64,000 nt of DNA from an uncultured Acidobacteriota bacterium (GTDB taxonomy: Bacteria > Acidobacteriota > Thermoanaerobaculia > Gp7-AA8), in assembly GCA_963741955.1 (NCBI GenBank), contig CAVUKB010000004.1, forward strand, positions 641,194 through 705,193. Reading direction: 5' to 3'. The notes below the pieces were generated by a model. That model was given only the letters and a program-made list of their open reading frames with translations. It searched no databases and had not been told where the DNA came from. Position numbers and translations under genes: made by a program. This document shows positions 48,016-58,771 of the stretch, one piece after another (the first letter of the stretch is position 1; each line of letters begins with the position of its first letter).

Positions 48016-48648
48016 ATGAACCGCACCCGGAACGTGGTCCTCGTCCTGGTCGTGATTGTCATCGCAGGTGTGGCGATCGCGGCGACCCTCCAGGTTCGAG
48101 CCGGCATCAGCGCGCACGACGAGCCGACCCGTCTGGAGAGAGCGATCGCGCTCGCGATGCGGAACTTCGCAGTTCCCGCGAAGGCGAGCGAGATGAGGAG
48201 TCCTCTGCAGCCGACCGCGAAGGATCTCGCCTTCGGCCGGGCCCACTGGGCGGACCACTGCGCGAGCTGTCACGGAAACGACGGGAAGGGTGAGACGGAA
48301 ATGGGACGTGGTCTCTATCCCAAGCCGCCCGACATGACCTCCGGGCGCACCCAGTCGCTGACTGACGGCGAGCTCGCGTACATCATCCGGAACGGTGTTC
48401 GGCTGACCGGGATGCCGGCCTGGGGCGAGCCGGGGACTCCGCCTCAGAAAGAAGATTGGCAGCTCGTCGCGTTCATCCGCCATCTCCCCCGGATCACCCC
48501 CGAGGAGATCCAGCAGATGGAGAAGTTGAACCCGGTCACTCCGCATGAGCTCGAGGAGCGAAAAGCGGAGGAGGCGTTTCTTTCGGGGGGGAAGGGGGCG
48601 CCGAGTGACTCATCCGGAGAAACATCCGCGAGCAACCCGCGTCACTGA
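48016..48648 (+). CDS. Monoheme c-type cytochrome
   Basis: CASCHG; YPKPPD; NGVRLTGMPAW; N-terminal TM. Confidence 0.9.
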   Translation: MNRTRNVVLVLVVIVIAGVAIAATLQVRAGISAHDEPTRLERAIALAMRNFAVPAKASEMRSPLQPTAKDLAFGRAHWADHCASCHGNDGKGETEMGRGLYPKPPDMTSGRTQSLTDGELAYIIRNGVRLTGMPAWGEPGTPPQKEDWQLVAFIRHLPRITPEEIQQMEKLNPVTPHELEERKAEEAFLSGGKGAPSDSSGETSASNPRH

Positions 48649-48741
48649 GATGAAGATGAATGAAGAATGCAGAACGCAGAAGTGAGAACGAGAAAGCCCT
48701 TCAGCAGGGAGGGGCTGGTCTCGGATCGAGGAGGAGGCGAG

Positions 48742-49032
48742 ATGAAGAGAATTTCGATGCTGCTTTTCGTTGCGGCGCTGCTGGTGCCGATTGCGGCGCT
48801 GGCGCATGAGCACGGTCACGTAATGGGGAAGGTGAAAGCGATCGATGGGGCGAAGCTCACGATCACCGCGTCGGACGGCGACGAAGTCACGGTGAAGCTC
48901 ACGAATGAGACGCGGATCTTCAAGGGAGAGGCAGCGGGAACGCGCGAGGACATCACCGTGGGCGAACGGATCGTCGCGCATTACAGCCACGACGGAAACG
49001 CAACCGAGGTCAGACTCCCGGCGTCGTCGTAG
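48742..49032 (+). CDS. Small periplasmic OB-fold-like protein (DUF5666/CusF-like)
   Basis: GGAGG RBS; signal peptide ALA-HEHGH; beta-rich GKVKAID...DITVGERI. Confidence 0.72.
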   Translation: MKRISMLLFVAALLVPIAALAHEHGHVMGKVKAIDGAKLTITASDGDEVTVKLTNETRIFKGEAAGTREDITVGERIVAHYSHDGNATEVRLPASS

Positions 49033-49145
49033 CCCGGATGTCTCACACCGTCTCCGCTGTGGAGATGGATTGCGTCGCGGGGCCGAAACGCGTTCATCTG
49101 CAGCGCGAAGGGCGTGACTCGCGACCTGCGACGCTTGCGGATCAA

Positions 49146-49736
49146 TCAACCGCGCTCGATCCGGGCGACCGTCCTGAGAAATGCCTCGACCGGATCGAGC
49201 CCGTCGAGAGTGGCGATCACGCGATCGAGATCGAGTCCTACGTACTCGTGAACGACGACATTCCGGAAGCCGGGAAGCCGTTCCAGCACCTGGACCATCG
49301 CGGCGTCGAACCTCTCGTCACGTTCAACCCGCATTTCTCACCCCATCTCTGCTGCGGAGACGGATAGCGGCCTGTCTGCTGCGTTGCGCCCGGTTTCGGC
49401 TCCTCGACATAGTCACCACTATGCCTTCGTTCCGAAGCCGGGCGCGCCTTGCATGCAAGCCACTCTCCGCCTCCTCGCGACAAGACGGTGTGAGAAATGC
49501 GGGTCAAGACTCCGGATCGCGTCTGCGTAGCTCTCGAACCGCTCTCCTTTGCGAGCTGCGATCTCTCCAGCGATGTCGATCACGAGCTGAGAGACCATCA
49601 GCAGAGAGAAAAGCACGTCGTTGTGAAGAGAGAGGTCTCGAGCCAGAGACTCCGCGTCCGTGACCTTAGGACGCACGTTTCGCAGGTGATCGAGGTGCTT
49701 TCGAAGCTCGGCGAGCCGTTCGACCAGATACGTCAT
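49146..49736 (-). pseudogene. hepT: HepT (HEPN/DUF86) RNase toxin interrupted by a MITE
   Basis: N-half ends YADAIRSL; C-half ERDERF...GFRNVVVHEY (RX4HXY). Removing the insert restores the frame. Confidence 0.85.
49328..49503. mobile_element. MITE family A, full copy (176 bp), TCAA target duplication
   Basis: TIRs CCCGCATTTCTCAC / GTGAGAAATGCGGG; TCAA at 49324-49327 and 49504-49507. Confidence 0.9.
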
Positions 49737-50116
49737 CGTGTCAGTGCTTCCAGTTTGATCCGTCTCATCCTGTCGAGGAACGGATCGAGATCCGCGGCAA
49801 TGAGCTGAATGTCGCGGACCCATGAGTGGTTTCGTTCCGGGTCGGAGCAGAAGAGCAGCTCCCCTCCGATCGCGATCGCACGTCCGAGCGAAGGAGGCGC
49901 ATCGTTGAGAATGACCAGGTCAACCGGCGCCTCGCCCGCTGCACTGAGCAGCGAAACGAGTCGAAGGCGCCGCTCGAACCGATCCTCCGAACGAGGATGG
50001 ACGTTCCGGTCGAGCAGAACGGCGAGATCGACGTCGCTCTCCGGATGCGCTTCGCCGCGAGCGTGGCTTCCGAAAAGGTAGACGGAGATGATTCCTGTGA
50101 CGTCGCCTCGCTCCAC
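49733..50116 (-). CDS. mntA: MntA minimal nucleotidyltransferase antitoxin (start uncertain)
   Basis: GSHARGEAHPESDVD = GSX10DXD; VDLVILN; ATGA overlap with hepT. Confidence 0.88.
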   Translation of the reverse strand: MERGDVTGIISVYLFGSHARGEAHPESDVDLAVLLDRNVHPRSEDRFERRLRLVSLLSAAGEAPVDLVILNDAPPSLGRAIAIGGELLFCSDPERNHSWVRDIQLIAADLDPFLDRMRRIKLEALTR

Positions 50117-50298
50117 GATCCGCTCGAGACGATCTCGGATGCCTCTCCGGATCAGGGGCCGAGTATAGCGTGAGATCGGGCCGGTGGGAGATATCGGTCG
50201 ACCGCGAGGTCGCCACGTGATGCGCCGGTCGATCCTCATGCGCGTACGACGATAAGGGCGGCTCGCGCCGCCCTTTCTCACTGCAGTTGGTTCGATTC

Positions 50299-50748
50299 TC
50301 AGAACGGGACTTCTTCGTCGTCCTCGACCGTCGAGTTCGTCGAGCTGCTCGAGTTCGTCGAGCTGGTCGAGCTCGACGAGCTGCGCCGAGGCTCGTACGA
50401 GCCGCCGCCGTTGTCGTCGCCTTTGCGGTCGAGCATCTTCATGACGCTCGCGACGATCTCGGTCCGATACTTCTTCTGTCCCGATTCCTTGTCGTCCCAC
50501 GAATCGGTGCGAATCGATCCTTCGATGTAAACCAGCTTTCCCTTCCGGAGGTACTGGCCGCAGATCTCGCCGAGCTTTCCCCAGGCGACGATGTTGTGCC
50601 ACTCGGTGCGCTCCTGCTTTTCACCCGACTTGTCGGTGAAGCGCTCGTCGGTGGCGAGCGAGAACTTGGCGACTGTGGTCCCGGAAGGAGTCGAACGGAC
50701 CTCGGGGTCCTTTCCGAGTCTTCCGACGAGTATGACTTTGTTGATCAT
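50299..50748 (-). CDS. ssb: Single-stranded DNA-binding protein
   Basis: [22 protein letters not shown]-terminal DDEEVPF. Confidence 0.96.
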   Translation of the reverse strand: MINKVILVGRLGKDPEVRSTPSGTTVAKFSLATDERFTDKSGEKQERTEWHNIVAWGKLGEICGQYLRKGKLVYIEGSIRTDSWDDKESGQKKYRTEIVASVMKMLDRKGDDNGGGSYEPRRSSSSSTSSTNSSSSTNSTVEDDEEVPF

Positions 50749-50882
50749 GATCTCTCCTTCATTGGTTTTCGTGCTTGAATGGATGGTCGGTTGAACGGGC
50801 GATGACCATCAGTCGCGCGGGTGACGCTCATTTTAAACCAAGGAGCGCGAAGGACCAAGAATTCTACGAGGAGTAGAAAGCG

Positions 50883-51320
50883 ATGAGGTGTGTCGTGCAA
50901 CGCGTGCGCAGCGCATCGGTCTCCGTCGGTGATGAGATCGTCGCCCGGATCGGCGTGGGTCTGCTGATTCTCGCCGCCGTCGAGAAGGGCGATAAGGAGG
51001 ATCAGGTCGATGCTGCGGCGAAGAAGCTGCGCGAGCTGCGCATCTTTTCCGATGCGAACGGAAAGATGAACCTCGGCGTGGCCGACGTCGGTGGGGAGAT
51101 CCTTGCGGTCTCGCAATTCACGCTCGCGGGGTCGATCGCTCGCGGGCGCCGGCCGAGTTTCGACCGCGCCGAGGAGCCGGAAAGGGCGAGCCGGTTGTTC
51201 GAGCGCTTCGCCGGGGAGCTCGGTCGCGACGGAACGCCGGTGCACACCGGACGTTTCCGGGAAATGATGATCGTCACGCTCGAGAACGATGGACCGGTGA
51301 CGTTCGTATACGAGGGTTGA
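50883..51320 (+). CDS. dtd: D-aminoacyl-tRNA deacylase
   Basis: VVQRV, SQFTL, RRPSF, NDGPVT. Confidence 0.95.
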   Translation: MRCVVQRVRSASVSVGDEIVARIGVGLLILAAVEKGDKEDQVDAAAKKLRELRIFSDANGKMNLGVADVGGEILAVSQFTLAGSIARGRRPSFDRAEEPERASRLFERFAGELGRDGTPVHTGRFREMMIVTLENDGPVTFVYEG

Positions 51321-51432
51321 GGTCCGACGGGAGCCATCCATTCGCGCAAATCGCGCAATTCCGTCCACTCCCCCTCCCACCCGGCCGCTCAGTTATACTG
51401 TCGCGTCATTTCTCAGGAGCCGCAGACCGACC

Positions 51433-54000
51433 ATGCCGTACGATCCGAAAATCATCGAACCGAAGTGGCAGAAGAAGTGGGCCGAGGCGCGCGTCGCCGA
51501 GGTCGACGTGAGCCGTCCGGGCGACAAGTACTACATGCTCAACATGTTCCCGTACCCTTCCGGCGATCTTCACGTCGGCCACGGGCGGAACTACATCCTC
51601 GGCGATGCCCTCTATCGCTTCCTCCGGATGCAGGGTAAAGCCGCCCTCAACCCGATGGGGTGGGATGCGTTCGGGCTTCCGGCGGAGAACGCCGCGATCA
51701 AGCGCGGGATCCATCCCCGCGAATGGACGCAGAGCAACATCGCGCGGGAGAAGAAGCAGTTCGAGCAGTGGGGAATCCTCTACGACTGGTCGAAGGAGAT
51801 CGCCTCGTGCGACCCGGAGTACTACCGCTGGAACCAGTGGCTCTTCCTCAGGGCGTTCGAGCGCGGACTCGCGTACCGGGGAAAGGCTCCGGTGAACTGG
51901 TGTCCGGGATGCCACACCGTCCTCGCGAACGAGCAGGTGATCGACGGCCGCTGCGAGCGCTGCGGCAGTGAGGTCGAGCAGCGCGAGCTCGAACAGTGGT
52001 TCTTCCGGATCACCGAGTACGCCGACCGCCTCGACGCGGGACTGGATACGCTCACCGACTGGCCGGAGAAGGTCAAGCTGATGCAGCGGAACTGGATCGG
52101 CCGATCGGTCGGAGCCGATGTGCAGTTCGAGATCCCGAGACTCGGAAAGCCGGTGACCGTCTTCACCACGCGACCCGATACGATCTACGGCGCGACGTTC
52201 ATGGTCCTCGCTCCCGAGCATCCGGACGTGCCGGAACTGATCGCAGACAACGCGCACCGGGACGAGATCCAGCGCTGGATCGCAAACGTGCGCAATCAGT
52301 CCGCGCTGGAGCGGCAGGCGGAAACGGCGGGGAAGGAAGGGCGCTTTACCGGCTCGTACGCGATCAATCCTTTCACCGGCGAGAAGATCCCGATCTGGCT
52401 GGGCAACTTCGTCCTCCCGCAGTACGGCACCGGCGCGATCATGGCCGTTCCGGGCCACGATCAGCGCGACTTCGAATTCGCGCGACAATACGGCCTTCCG
52501 ATCCGTGTGGTCGTGGCTCCGGCTGGCGGCGAGCCGGCGAAGGTCGAGTCGATGACCGAAGCGTTCGGGGAGAAAGAGAACGGTGTCGCGGTCGACTCCG
52601 GCCTGATCACCGGTTTGCCGACTCCGGAAGCGATCGAGCGAATCATCGCGGAGATCGAATCGCGGGGAATCGGAAAGAAAATGGTGCGCTACCGTCTCCG
52701 CGACTGGCTCATCTCGCGCCAGCGTTACTGGGGCACCCCGATCCCGATCATCCATTGCGGGAAGTGCGGACTGGCGCCGGTACCGGAGGATCAGCTTCCG
52801 GTGGAGCTTCCGCTCGACGTCCCGTTCACCGGGCGCGAAGGGAATCCACTCGCGAAGCACGACAGCTTCGTGCACGTGGCCTGTCCTTCCTGCGGCGGAG
52901 ATGCGCGGCGCGAGACCGACACCATGGATACGTTCGTCGATTCGTCGTGGTACTACGCGCGCTACATCTCGGCGCACGACCGGACGAAGATCTTCGACTC
53001 GAAGCTGGTGAACCGGTGGCTTCCGGTCGACCAGTACATCGGCGGAATCGAACATGCGATCCTGCATCTCCTTTACGCACGCTTCATCTGCCGCGTTCTT
53101 CACGATCTCGATCTGGTCGAATTCGAAGAGCCGTTCACCCGCCTGTTCAACCAGGGGATGATCACCAAGGAAGGCTACCGCGATCCCACCGAAGGGATGT
53201 CGTGGGTTCCGCTCGCGGAAGTCGAGCATCGGGACGGTGTGCCGTACCGGAAGGGGAGCGGAGCGACGCTGATTCCCGAGATAGGGAAGATGTCGAAGTC
53301 CCGCTTCAACGTCGTTCCGCCGGACGAGCTGATCGACAGGTTCGGAGCGGATACGGAGCGGGTCTACACCCTCTTCATCGCGCCGCCGGAGAAGGAAGCC
53401 GCCTGGTCGGACGAAGGAGTCATCGGGGCATATCGTTTTCTCAATCGGGTCTGGACGCTCGGGGAACAGATCGCCGGACTGACTGCGGACGGCGGTGACG
53501 GCGTCGACCCGACGAAGATGATCCGGAAGACGCATCAGACCATCGTCGCGGTGACCAGCAGGATCGAGCGATTCGAATTCAACACGGCGATCTCCGCGTT
53601 GATGGAGCTCTCGAATGCGATCTCCGAATACCTCGTCTCCGGTGGGACGTCGAAAAAGGATGCGTCGGCGTCGTTCGCGATTCTCGTCCAGATGCTGCAG
53701 CCGTTCGCTCCTCACATCACCGAAGAGCTCTGGGAGATGTCGGGCCGCGAGGGGATGGTGGTGACGTCCACCTGGCCGGTCGCGGATCCGGAGATGCTGA
53801 AGGAAGACGTGCTGACCGTGGTGGTCCAGGTGAACGGGAAACTCCGCGGGCAGATCGAAGTGGCAGCGGGAACGGGAGAATCGGACGTGATTGCCGAAGC
53901 GAAAACGAACGAACGGGTCGCACGACATCTCGAAGGGAAGCAGATCGTGAAGACGATTTACGTCCCCGGGAAGCTCGTGAATCTGGTGGTGCGGGGATGA
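51433..54000 (+). CDS. leuS: Leucine--tRNA ligase
   Basis: [44 protein letters not shown]. Confidence 0.97.
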   Translation: MPYDPKIIEPKWQKKWAEARVAEVDVSRPGDKYYMLNMFPYPSGDLHVGHGRNYILGDALYRFLRMQGKAALNPMGWDAFGLPAENAAIKRGIHPREWTQSNIAREKKQFEQWGILYDWSKEIASCDPEYYRWNQWLFLRAFERGLAYRGKAPVNWCPGCHTVLANEQVIDGRCERCGSEVEQRELEQWFFRITEYADRLDAGLDTLTDWPEKVKLMQRNWIGRSVGADVQFEIPRLGKPVTVFTTRPDTIYGATFMVLAPEHPDVPELIADNAHRDEIQRWIANVRNQSALERQAETAGKEGRFTGSYAINPFTGEKIPIWLGNFVLPQYGTGAIMAVPGHDQRDFEFARQYGLPIRVVVAPAGGEPAKVESMTEAFGEKENGVAVDSGLITGLPTPEAIERIIAEIESRGIGKKMVRYRLRDWLISRQRYWGTPIPIIHCGKCGLAPVPEDQLPVELPLDVPFTGREGNPLAKHDSFVHVACPSCGGDARRETDTMDTFVDSSWYYARYISAHDRTKIFDSKLVNRWLPVDQYIGGIEHAILHLLYARFICRVLHDLDLVEFEEPFTRLFNQGMITKEGYRDPTEGMSWVPLAEVEHRDGVPYRKGSGATLIPEIGKMSKSRFNVVPPDELIDRFGADTERVYTLFIAPPEKEAAWSDEGVIGAYRFLNRVWTLGEQIAGLTADGGDGVDPTKMIRKTHQTIVAVTSRIERFEFNTAISALMELSNAISEYLVSGGTSKKDASASFAILVQMLQPFAPHITEELWEMSGREGMVVTSTWPVADPEMLKEDVLTVVVQVNGKLRGQIEVAAGTGESDVIAEAKTNERVARHLEGKQIVKTIYVPGKLVNLVVRG

Positions 54001-54521
54001 CGCGAAGATCCATGGTGATTGCAGCTCTCGTCGCCGCGCTCGCGCTGGAAGGTTGCGGTTACGGCCTGGTGGGGCACGTGAACGCGCTTCCTCCGGAGCT
54101 CCACACCATCCAGGTGCCGGCATTCGTCAACCGCACCCGGCGGGTGGAGCTCGAGCAGCGGGTGACCCAGGCGGTTGCCGAAGAACTGGTGTCGCGCGGA
54201 CGGCTGAAGCTGGTCTCCGAGCCGGCGCAGGCGGACGCGATTCTCCACGGGTCGATCGAGACGTTCGGGATCACTCCGGTGGCATTCAACAGCGAAGGAC
54301 GCGCGACTCAGTACCAGATCTCGGTGACCGCCAAGATCGAGCTGGTGGATCACCGGAACGACGACAAGGTGATCTGGAAAAACGACCAGTACTACTTCAC
54401 CGAGAACTATCCGATCGACCTTCAGTCGACCGACGCGTTCGACCAGGAGACGCGGGCGATCGGTGAGATCGCGCGACGCTTCGCAGAGACGCTGGTGGCG
54501 AGTCTGCTGGAAGGATTCTGA
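53997..54521 (+). CDS. lptE: LPS assembly lipoprotein LptE
   Basis: Lipobox LEGC-GY; position directly after leuS. Confidence 0.85.
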   Translation: MTRRSMVIAALVAALALEGCGYGLVGHVNALPPELHTIQVPAFVNRTRRVELEQRVTQAVAEELVSRGRLKLVSEPAQADAILHGSIETFGITPVAFNSEGRATQYQISVTAKIELVDHRNDDKVIWKNDQYYFTENYPIDLQSTDAFDQETRAIGEIARRFAETLVASLLEGF

Positions 54522-54576
54522 GATTTTCCCGGGAGGGGAAGCGTTAATTCCGTGAGCGGGGAGAGCCGGACGCGTT

Positions 54577-54815
54577 GATTTGCTCATGGCGTCACGGGGA
54601 TGTTCTCTCGCGCGATTCGGGAGGACGGGCGCGGGTTGATTTGCTCATGGTGCCGTGAGGATCTCATCTCACATGATTCGGGCGAACGGGCGGTCGTGGC
54701 TTCTACGGTGATTTCATTTGCGCGATTTGCTCATGGTGCCACGGGGATCTATTCTCGCTCGATTCGGGAGAACGGACGGTCGCGGCTTCTGCGGCGATTT
54801 CATTTGCGCGATTTG
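54577..54815 (-). repeat. Degenerate inverted copies of the 86-bp repeat core
   Basis: GATTTGCTCATGG at ~54577, 54638 and 54724; GATTTCATTTGCGCGATTTG at 54710 and 54796 (86 bp apart). Confidence 0.75.
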
Positions 54816-54826
54816 AAGACCGACGT

Positions 54827-56800
54827 GGGCAAATCGCGCAAATCGGATCGTGCAACTCGCCGGAATCCCGAAGGACCTCTGGCCGCGGGAGAATGCGCGT
54901 CCGTCCATGAGCAAATCGCGCAAATCGGATCGTGTGACTCGCCGGAATCCCGAAGGATCCCTGCTCGCGGGAGAATGAGCGCCCGCGCGTCCCTGGGCAA
55001 ATCGCGCAAATGAAATCGTGCAACTCGCCGGAATCCCGAAGGACCTCTGCCCGCGGGAGAATGAGCGCCCGCGCGTCCGTGAGCAAATCGCGCAAATCGG
55101 ATCGTGGAACTCGGCAGAATCCCGAAGGACCTCTGGCCGCGGGAGAATGCGCGTCCGTCCGTCCATGAGCAAATCGCGCAAATCGGATCGTGTGACTCGG
55201 CAGAATCCCGAAGGACCTCTGCCCGCGGGAGGATGAGCGCCCGTCCGTCCATGAGCAAATCGCGCAAATCGGATCGTGCAACTCGCCGGAATCCCGAAGG
55301 ATCCCTGCTCGTGGGAGAATGAGCGCCCGCGCGTCCCTGGGCAAATCGCGCAAATGAAATCGTGCAACTCGCCGGAATCCCGAAGGACCTCTGCCCGCGG
55401 GAGCATGAGCGCCCGCGCGTCCGTGAGCAAATCGCGCAAATCTGATCGAGCAACTCGCCGGAATCCCGAAGGACCCCTGCTCGTGGGAGGATGAGCGCCC
55501 GCGCGTCCGTGAGCAAATCGCGCAAATGAAATCGTGCAACTCGCCGGAATCCCGAAGGATCCCTGCTCGTGGGAGAATGAGCGCTCGCGCGTCCGTGAGC
55601 AAATCGCGCAAATCGGATCGTGCAACTCGCCGGAATCCCGAAGGATCCCTGCCCGCGGGAGAATGAGCGCCCGCGCGTCCATGAGCAAATCGCGCAAATC
55701 GGATCGTGCAACTCGCCGGAATCCCGAAGGATCCCTGCTCGCGGGAGAATGAGCGCCCGCGCGTCCGTGAGCAAATCGCGCAAATGAAATCGTGCAACTC
55801 GCCGGAATCCCGAAGGACCTCTGCCCGCGGGAGCATGAGCGCCCGCGCGTCCGTGAGCAAATCGCGCAAATCGGATCGAGCAACTCGCCGGAATCCCGAA
55901 GGACCCCTGCTCGTGGGAGAATGAGCGCCCGCGCGTCCATGAGCAAATCGCGCAAATCGGATCGTTTGACTCGGCAGAATCCCGAAGGACCTCTGGCCGC
56001 GGGAGAATGAGCGCCCGTGCGTCCGTGAGCAAATCGCGCAAATCGGATCGTTTGACTCGGCAGAATCCCGAAGGACCTCTGGCCGCGGGAGGATGAGCGC
56101 CCGCGCGTCCGTGAGCAAATCGCGCAAATGAAATCGTGCAACTCGCCGGAATCCCGAAGGACCTCTGGCCGCGGGAGAATGCGCGTCCGTCCGTCCATGA
56201 GCAAATCGCGCAAATCGGATCGTGTGACTCGGCAGAATCCCGAAGGACCTCTGGCCGCGGGAGAATGAGCGCCCGTGCGTCCGTGAGCAAATCGCGCAAA
56301 TCGGATCGTTTGACTCGGCAGAATCCCGAAGGACCTCTGGCCGCGGGAGGATGAGCGCCCGCGCGTCCGTGAGCAAATCGCGCAAATCGGATCGTGTGAC
56401 TCGGCAGAATCCCGAAGGACCTCTGGCCGCGGGAGAATGCGCGCCCGTGCGTCCATGAGCAAATCGCGCAAATCGGATCGTGTGACTCGGCAGAATCCCG
56501 AAGGACCTCTGCCCGCGGGAGCATGAGCGCCCGCGCGTCCGTGAGCAAATCGCGCAAATGAAATCGTGCAACTCGCCGGAATCCCGAAGGACCCCTGCTC
56601 GTGGGAGAATGAGCGCCCGCGCGTCCATGAGCAAATCGCGCAAATCGGATCGTGTGACTCGGCAGAATCCCGAAGGACCTCTGCCCGCGGGAGAATGAGC
56701 GCCCGCGCGTCCGTGAGCAAATCGCGCAAATGAAATCGTGCAACTCGCCGGAATCCCGAAGGACCTCTGCCCGCGGGAGCATGAGCGCCCGCGCGTCCAC
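54827..56800 (+). repeat. 86-bp tandem repeat, 23 copies
   Basis: Unit starts (GRGCAAATCGCGCAAAT) at 54827, 54909, 54995, 55081 ... 56715. First unit is 82 bp, the rest exactly 86 bp. Confidence 0.97.
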
Positions 56801-56810
56801 GTGCAAATAG

Positions 56811-56838
56811 AAAAAGGACGGCCTCTCGGCCGTCCTTC
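56811..56838 (-). terminator. Intrinsic terminator of rpsT
   Basis: Minus strand AAGGACGGCC-GAGA-GGCCGTCCTT-TTT. Confidence 0.85.
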
Positions 56839-56862
56839 GAAGATTCACCGGAGAAATTCCGA

Positions 56863-57138
56863 TTACGACGCGGCGGTCACGACCTTCTTCGCTGCTGCAT
56901 TCAGGCGCGACTTGTAGCGCGAAGCGGTGTTGTCTTTGATGAAGCCCTTCTTCGCTGCCTTGTCGATCTCCGAGTATACGGTGCGGAGAGCCGAGGTGAT
57001 CTCGGTCTTCTCGCCACTCTCGATCGCGGCTCGGGTCTTCTTGATCTCGTTGCGCAGCCGGGACATGCCGGCGCGATTTCTCACTTTGTGTGTCTCGGCC
57101 TGTCGCTGCTGCTTCTCGGCCGACCGGGTGTTCGCCAT
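56863..57138 (-). CDS. rpsT: 30S ribosomal protein S20
   Basis: MANTRSAEK, IDKAAKKG, NTASRYKSRL. Confidence 0.95.
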   Translation of the reverse strand: MANTRSAEKQQRQAETHKVRNRAGMSRLRNEIKKTRAAIESGEKTEITSALRTVYSEIDKAAKKGFIKDNTASRYKSRLNAAAKKVVTAAS

Positions 57139-57203
57139 CGTTTCTCCTTCGAGTTCGATTCCAACATTCTGCCGCCCGTTTCGGGCGAAGCAGGGATTCT
57201 ACG

Positions 57204-58118
57204 CTATTTGACGTCGATTCCGAGGGCTTTGAGCTTCTGCTTCGCGAGCGAAGCTTCGTTCGAGCTCGGATGTTCGTGAATGACGTACTGGAGCTGAACC
57301 ACTCCTTCCGCCTTCTGCCCGGACTCGATGTACGCGTATCCCTTCTTGAGCAGGGCCGCCGGGACCTTGTCCGAACGGGGATACTCGTTGATCACGCGAT
57401 CAAACTGTTGAATGGCCTCTTTATATTTCTTCTGGGCGAAATAAGTCTCGCCGATCCAGTACGCGGCGTTGTCCGAAAGATCCGAGCTCGGGGTGGCCTG
57501 AAGGAAGTCCTGGAAGCCCTGCCGGGCCAGATCGTAGTTCCCCCGCTGGAGATCACGATAGGCGGTCTGGTAGACCTCGAGCGGGTCCTGGAGCGTGCTC
57601 TGAGGCGGCTGGACGGTGACTTCATCCCGGATCGCCTCCCCGGTCGAGGTCGTGGCCGGGGTGCCGGCCGAACCCGTTCCGGGGGTGGTGGGTGCTCCAG
57701 CTCCAGGCCGCGTGACCGGACCCGCGCCCGGAGCCATCCCGGGAGCGGTGCCCGGTCCGACCGGATGGAGTGACTTGAGCTGCGCGATGTCGGTCTGATT
57801 CTGCGCGAGCTGCTGGGCGAGCCGGTCGACCCGGTAGTTCGTCTGTTCGACGTTTCCCTGAACGTTCTGCAGACGGTCTTCCATCTCGCCGACCTTGACC
57901 GACAGGTCGGCGTTCGACTTGAGGAGCCGGTCCGACTGGGAGGCGAGGCTCTCGTTGAGCTTTTCCACCTCTTCCTTGCTGCTGGCGCGACGTTTGAGAT
58001 CCGCGACCTGATCCTGCAGGTCGACGATCTGGTCCTGGAGCTTCTTCATATCGGAGCTGGTCGCGCAGCCCACCGTGACCAGGACGAGTGCGATCGGGAG
58101 AAGTCGGCGGAGTGTCAT
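57204..58118 (-). CDS. cpoB: Tol-Pal system protein YbgF/CpoB
   Basis: Lipobox VTVGC; coiled coil; TPR NAAYWIGE, PAALLKKG. Confidence 0.9.
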   Translation of the reverse strand: MTLRRLLPIALVLVTVGCATSSDMKKLQDQIVDLQDQVADLKRRASSKEEVEKLNESLASQSDRLLKSNADLSVKVGEMEDRLQNVQGNVEQTNYRVDRLAQQLAQNQTDIAQLKSLHPVGPGTAPGMAPGAGPVTRPGAGAPTTPGTGSAGTPATTSTGEAIRDEVTVQPPQSTLQDPLEVYQTAYRDLQRGNYDLARQGFQDFLQATPSSDLSDNAAYWIGETYFAQKKYKEAIQQFDRVINEYPRSDKVPAALLKKGYAYIESGQKAEGVVQLQYVIHEHPSSNEASLAKQKLKALGIDVK

Positions 58119-58122
58119 GGTT

Positions 58123-58704
58123 CTACTTTCCGGTGATCACGAGATGAGCGCGACGGTTCTGGGCCCACGCGCTGTCGTCGTGACCCATGGCGAACGGCCG
58201 CTCTTCACCATAGCTGATGGTCTTGATCCGCGAAGCGTCGACCCCCAGCGTGACCAGATAGTCTCTGGCGGTGTTCGCGCGGCGGTCGCCGAGTGCGAGG
58301 TTGTACTGCTCGGTCCCGCGCTCGTCGGCGTGTCCCTCGATCAGCAGCTGGTACTCCGGGTGAGCCTTCATCCACGTCGCGGAGGCCTGGAGGGCCTGCT
58401 GCGCGTTCGCGTCGAGAGTCGACGCATCGAATGCGAAGTACGCGTCCTGGAGCCATCCCTTCTGCTGCGCGGTGCGGTTCAACTCTGCGATGTCCGCGGG
58501 AAGCTCTTCGGTCTGCACCTCCGGCTGCTCCTTCACGAAATCTTCCGAGGGGCTCTGGACCGGGGTCGGAGGCGGAGCGACTTCGGGTACCGTCTCGGGT
58601 GCAGTCTGAGGAGGAGGCGTCTTGGTGCGGGTACGACACGACATCATGGCGAAAGCGGCGATCAGTATGACGACAAAAAATGCTGACTTTCTGGCGAGTT
58701 TCAT
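58123..58704 (-). CDS. pal: Peptidoglycan-associated lipoprotein
   Basis: IEGHADERGTEQYNLALGDRRA, SYGEERP, NRR. Confidence 0.95.
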   Translation of the reverse strand: MKLARKSAFFVVILIAAFAMMSCRTRTKTPPPQTAPETVPEVAPPPTPVQSPSEDFVKEQPEVQTEELPADIAELNRTAQQKGWLQDAYFAFDASTLDANAQQALQASATWMKAHPEYQLLIEGHADERGTEQYNLALGDRRANTARDYLVTLGVDASRIKTISYGEERPFAMGHDDSAWAQNRRAHLVITGK

Positions 58705-58771
58705 CAGAATCCCTCCTATCCCGGGCGAATCATAACAAAGGCACTGCCGTTTCTCTAACGATCGATTGCCG

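Noticed and set aside
51406-54123. 905-aa antisense ORF over leuS, and similar shadow ORFs elsewhere
   Set aside because: Typical high-GC antisense open frames with no recognisable motifs.
54827-56800. CRISPR array interpretation
   Set aside because: Sequences between the cores are near-identical rather than unique spacers; no cas genes in the window.
54703-56848. Three 646-682 aa ORFs on the minus strand of the 86-bp array
   Set aside because: The unit has no minus-strand stop and 86 is not a multiple of 3, so all frames give permutations of one peptide. No RBS, and the rpsT terminator lies at the 5' side.
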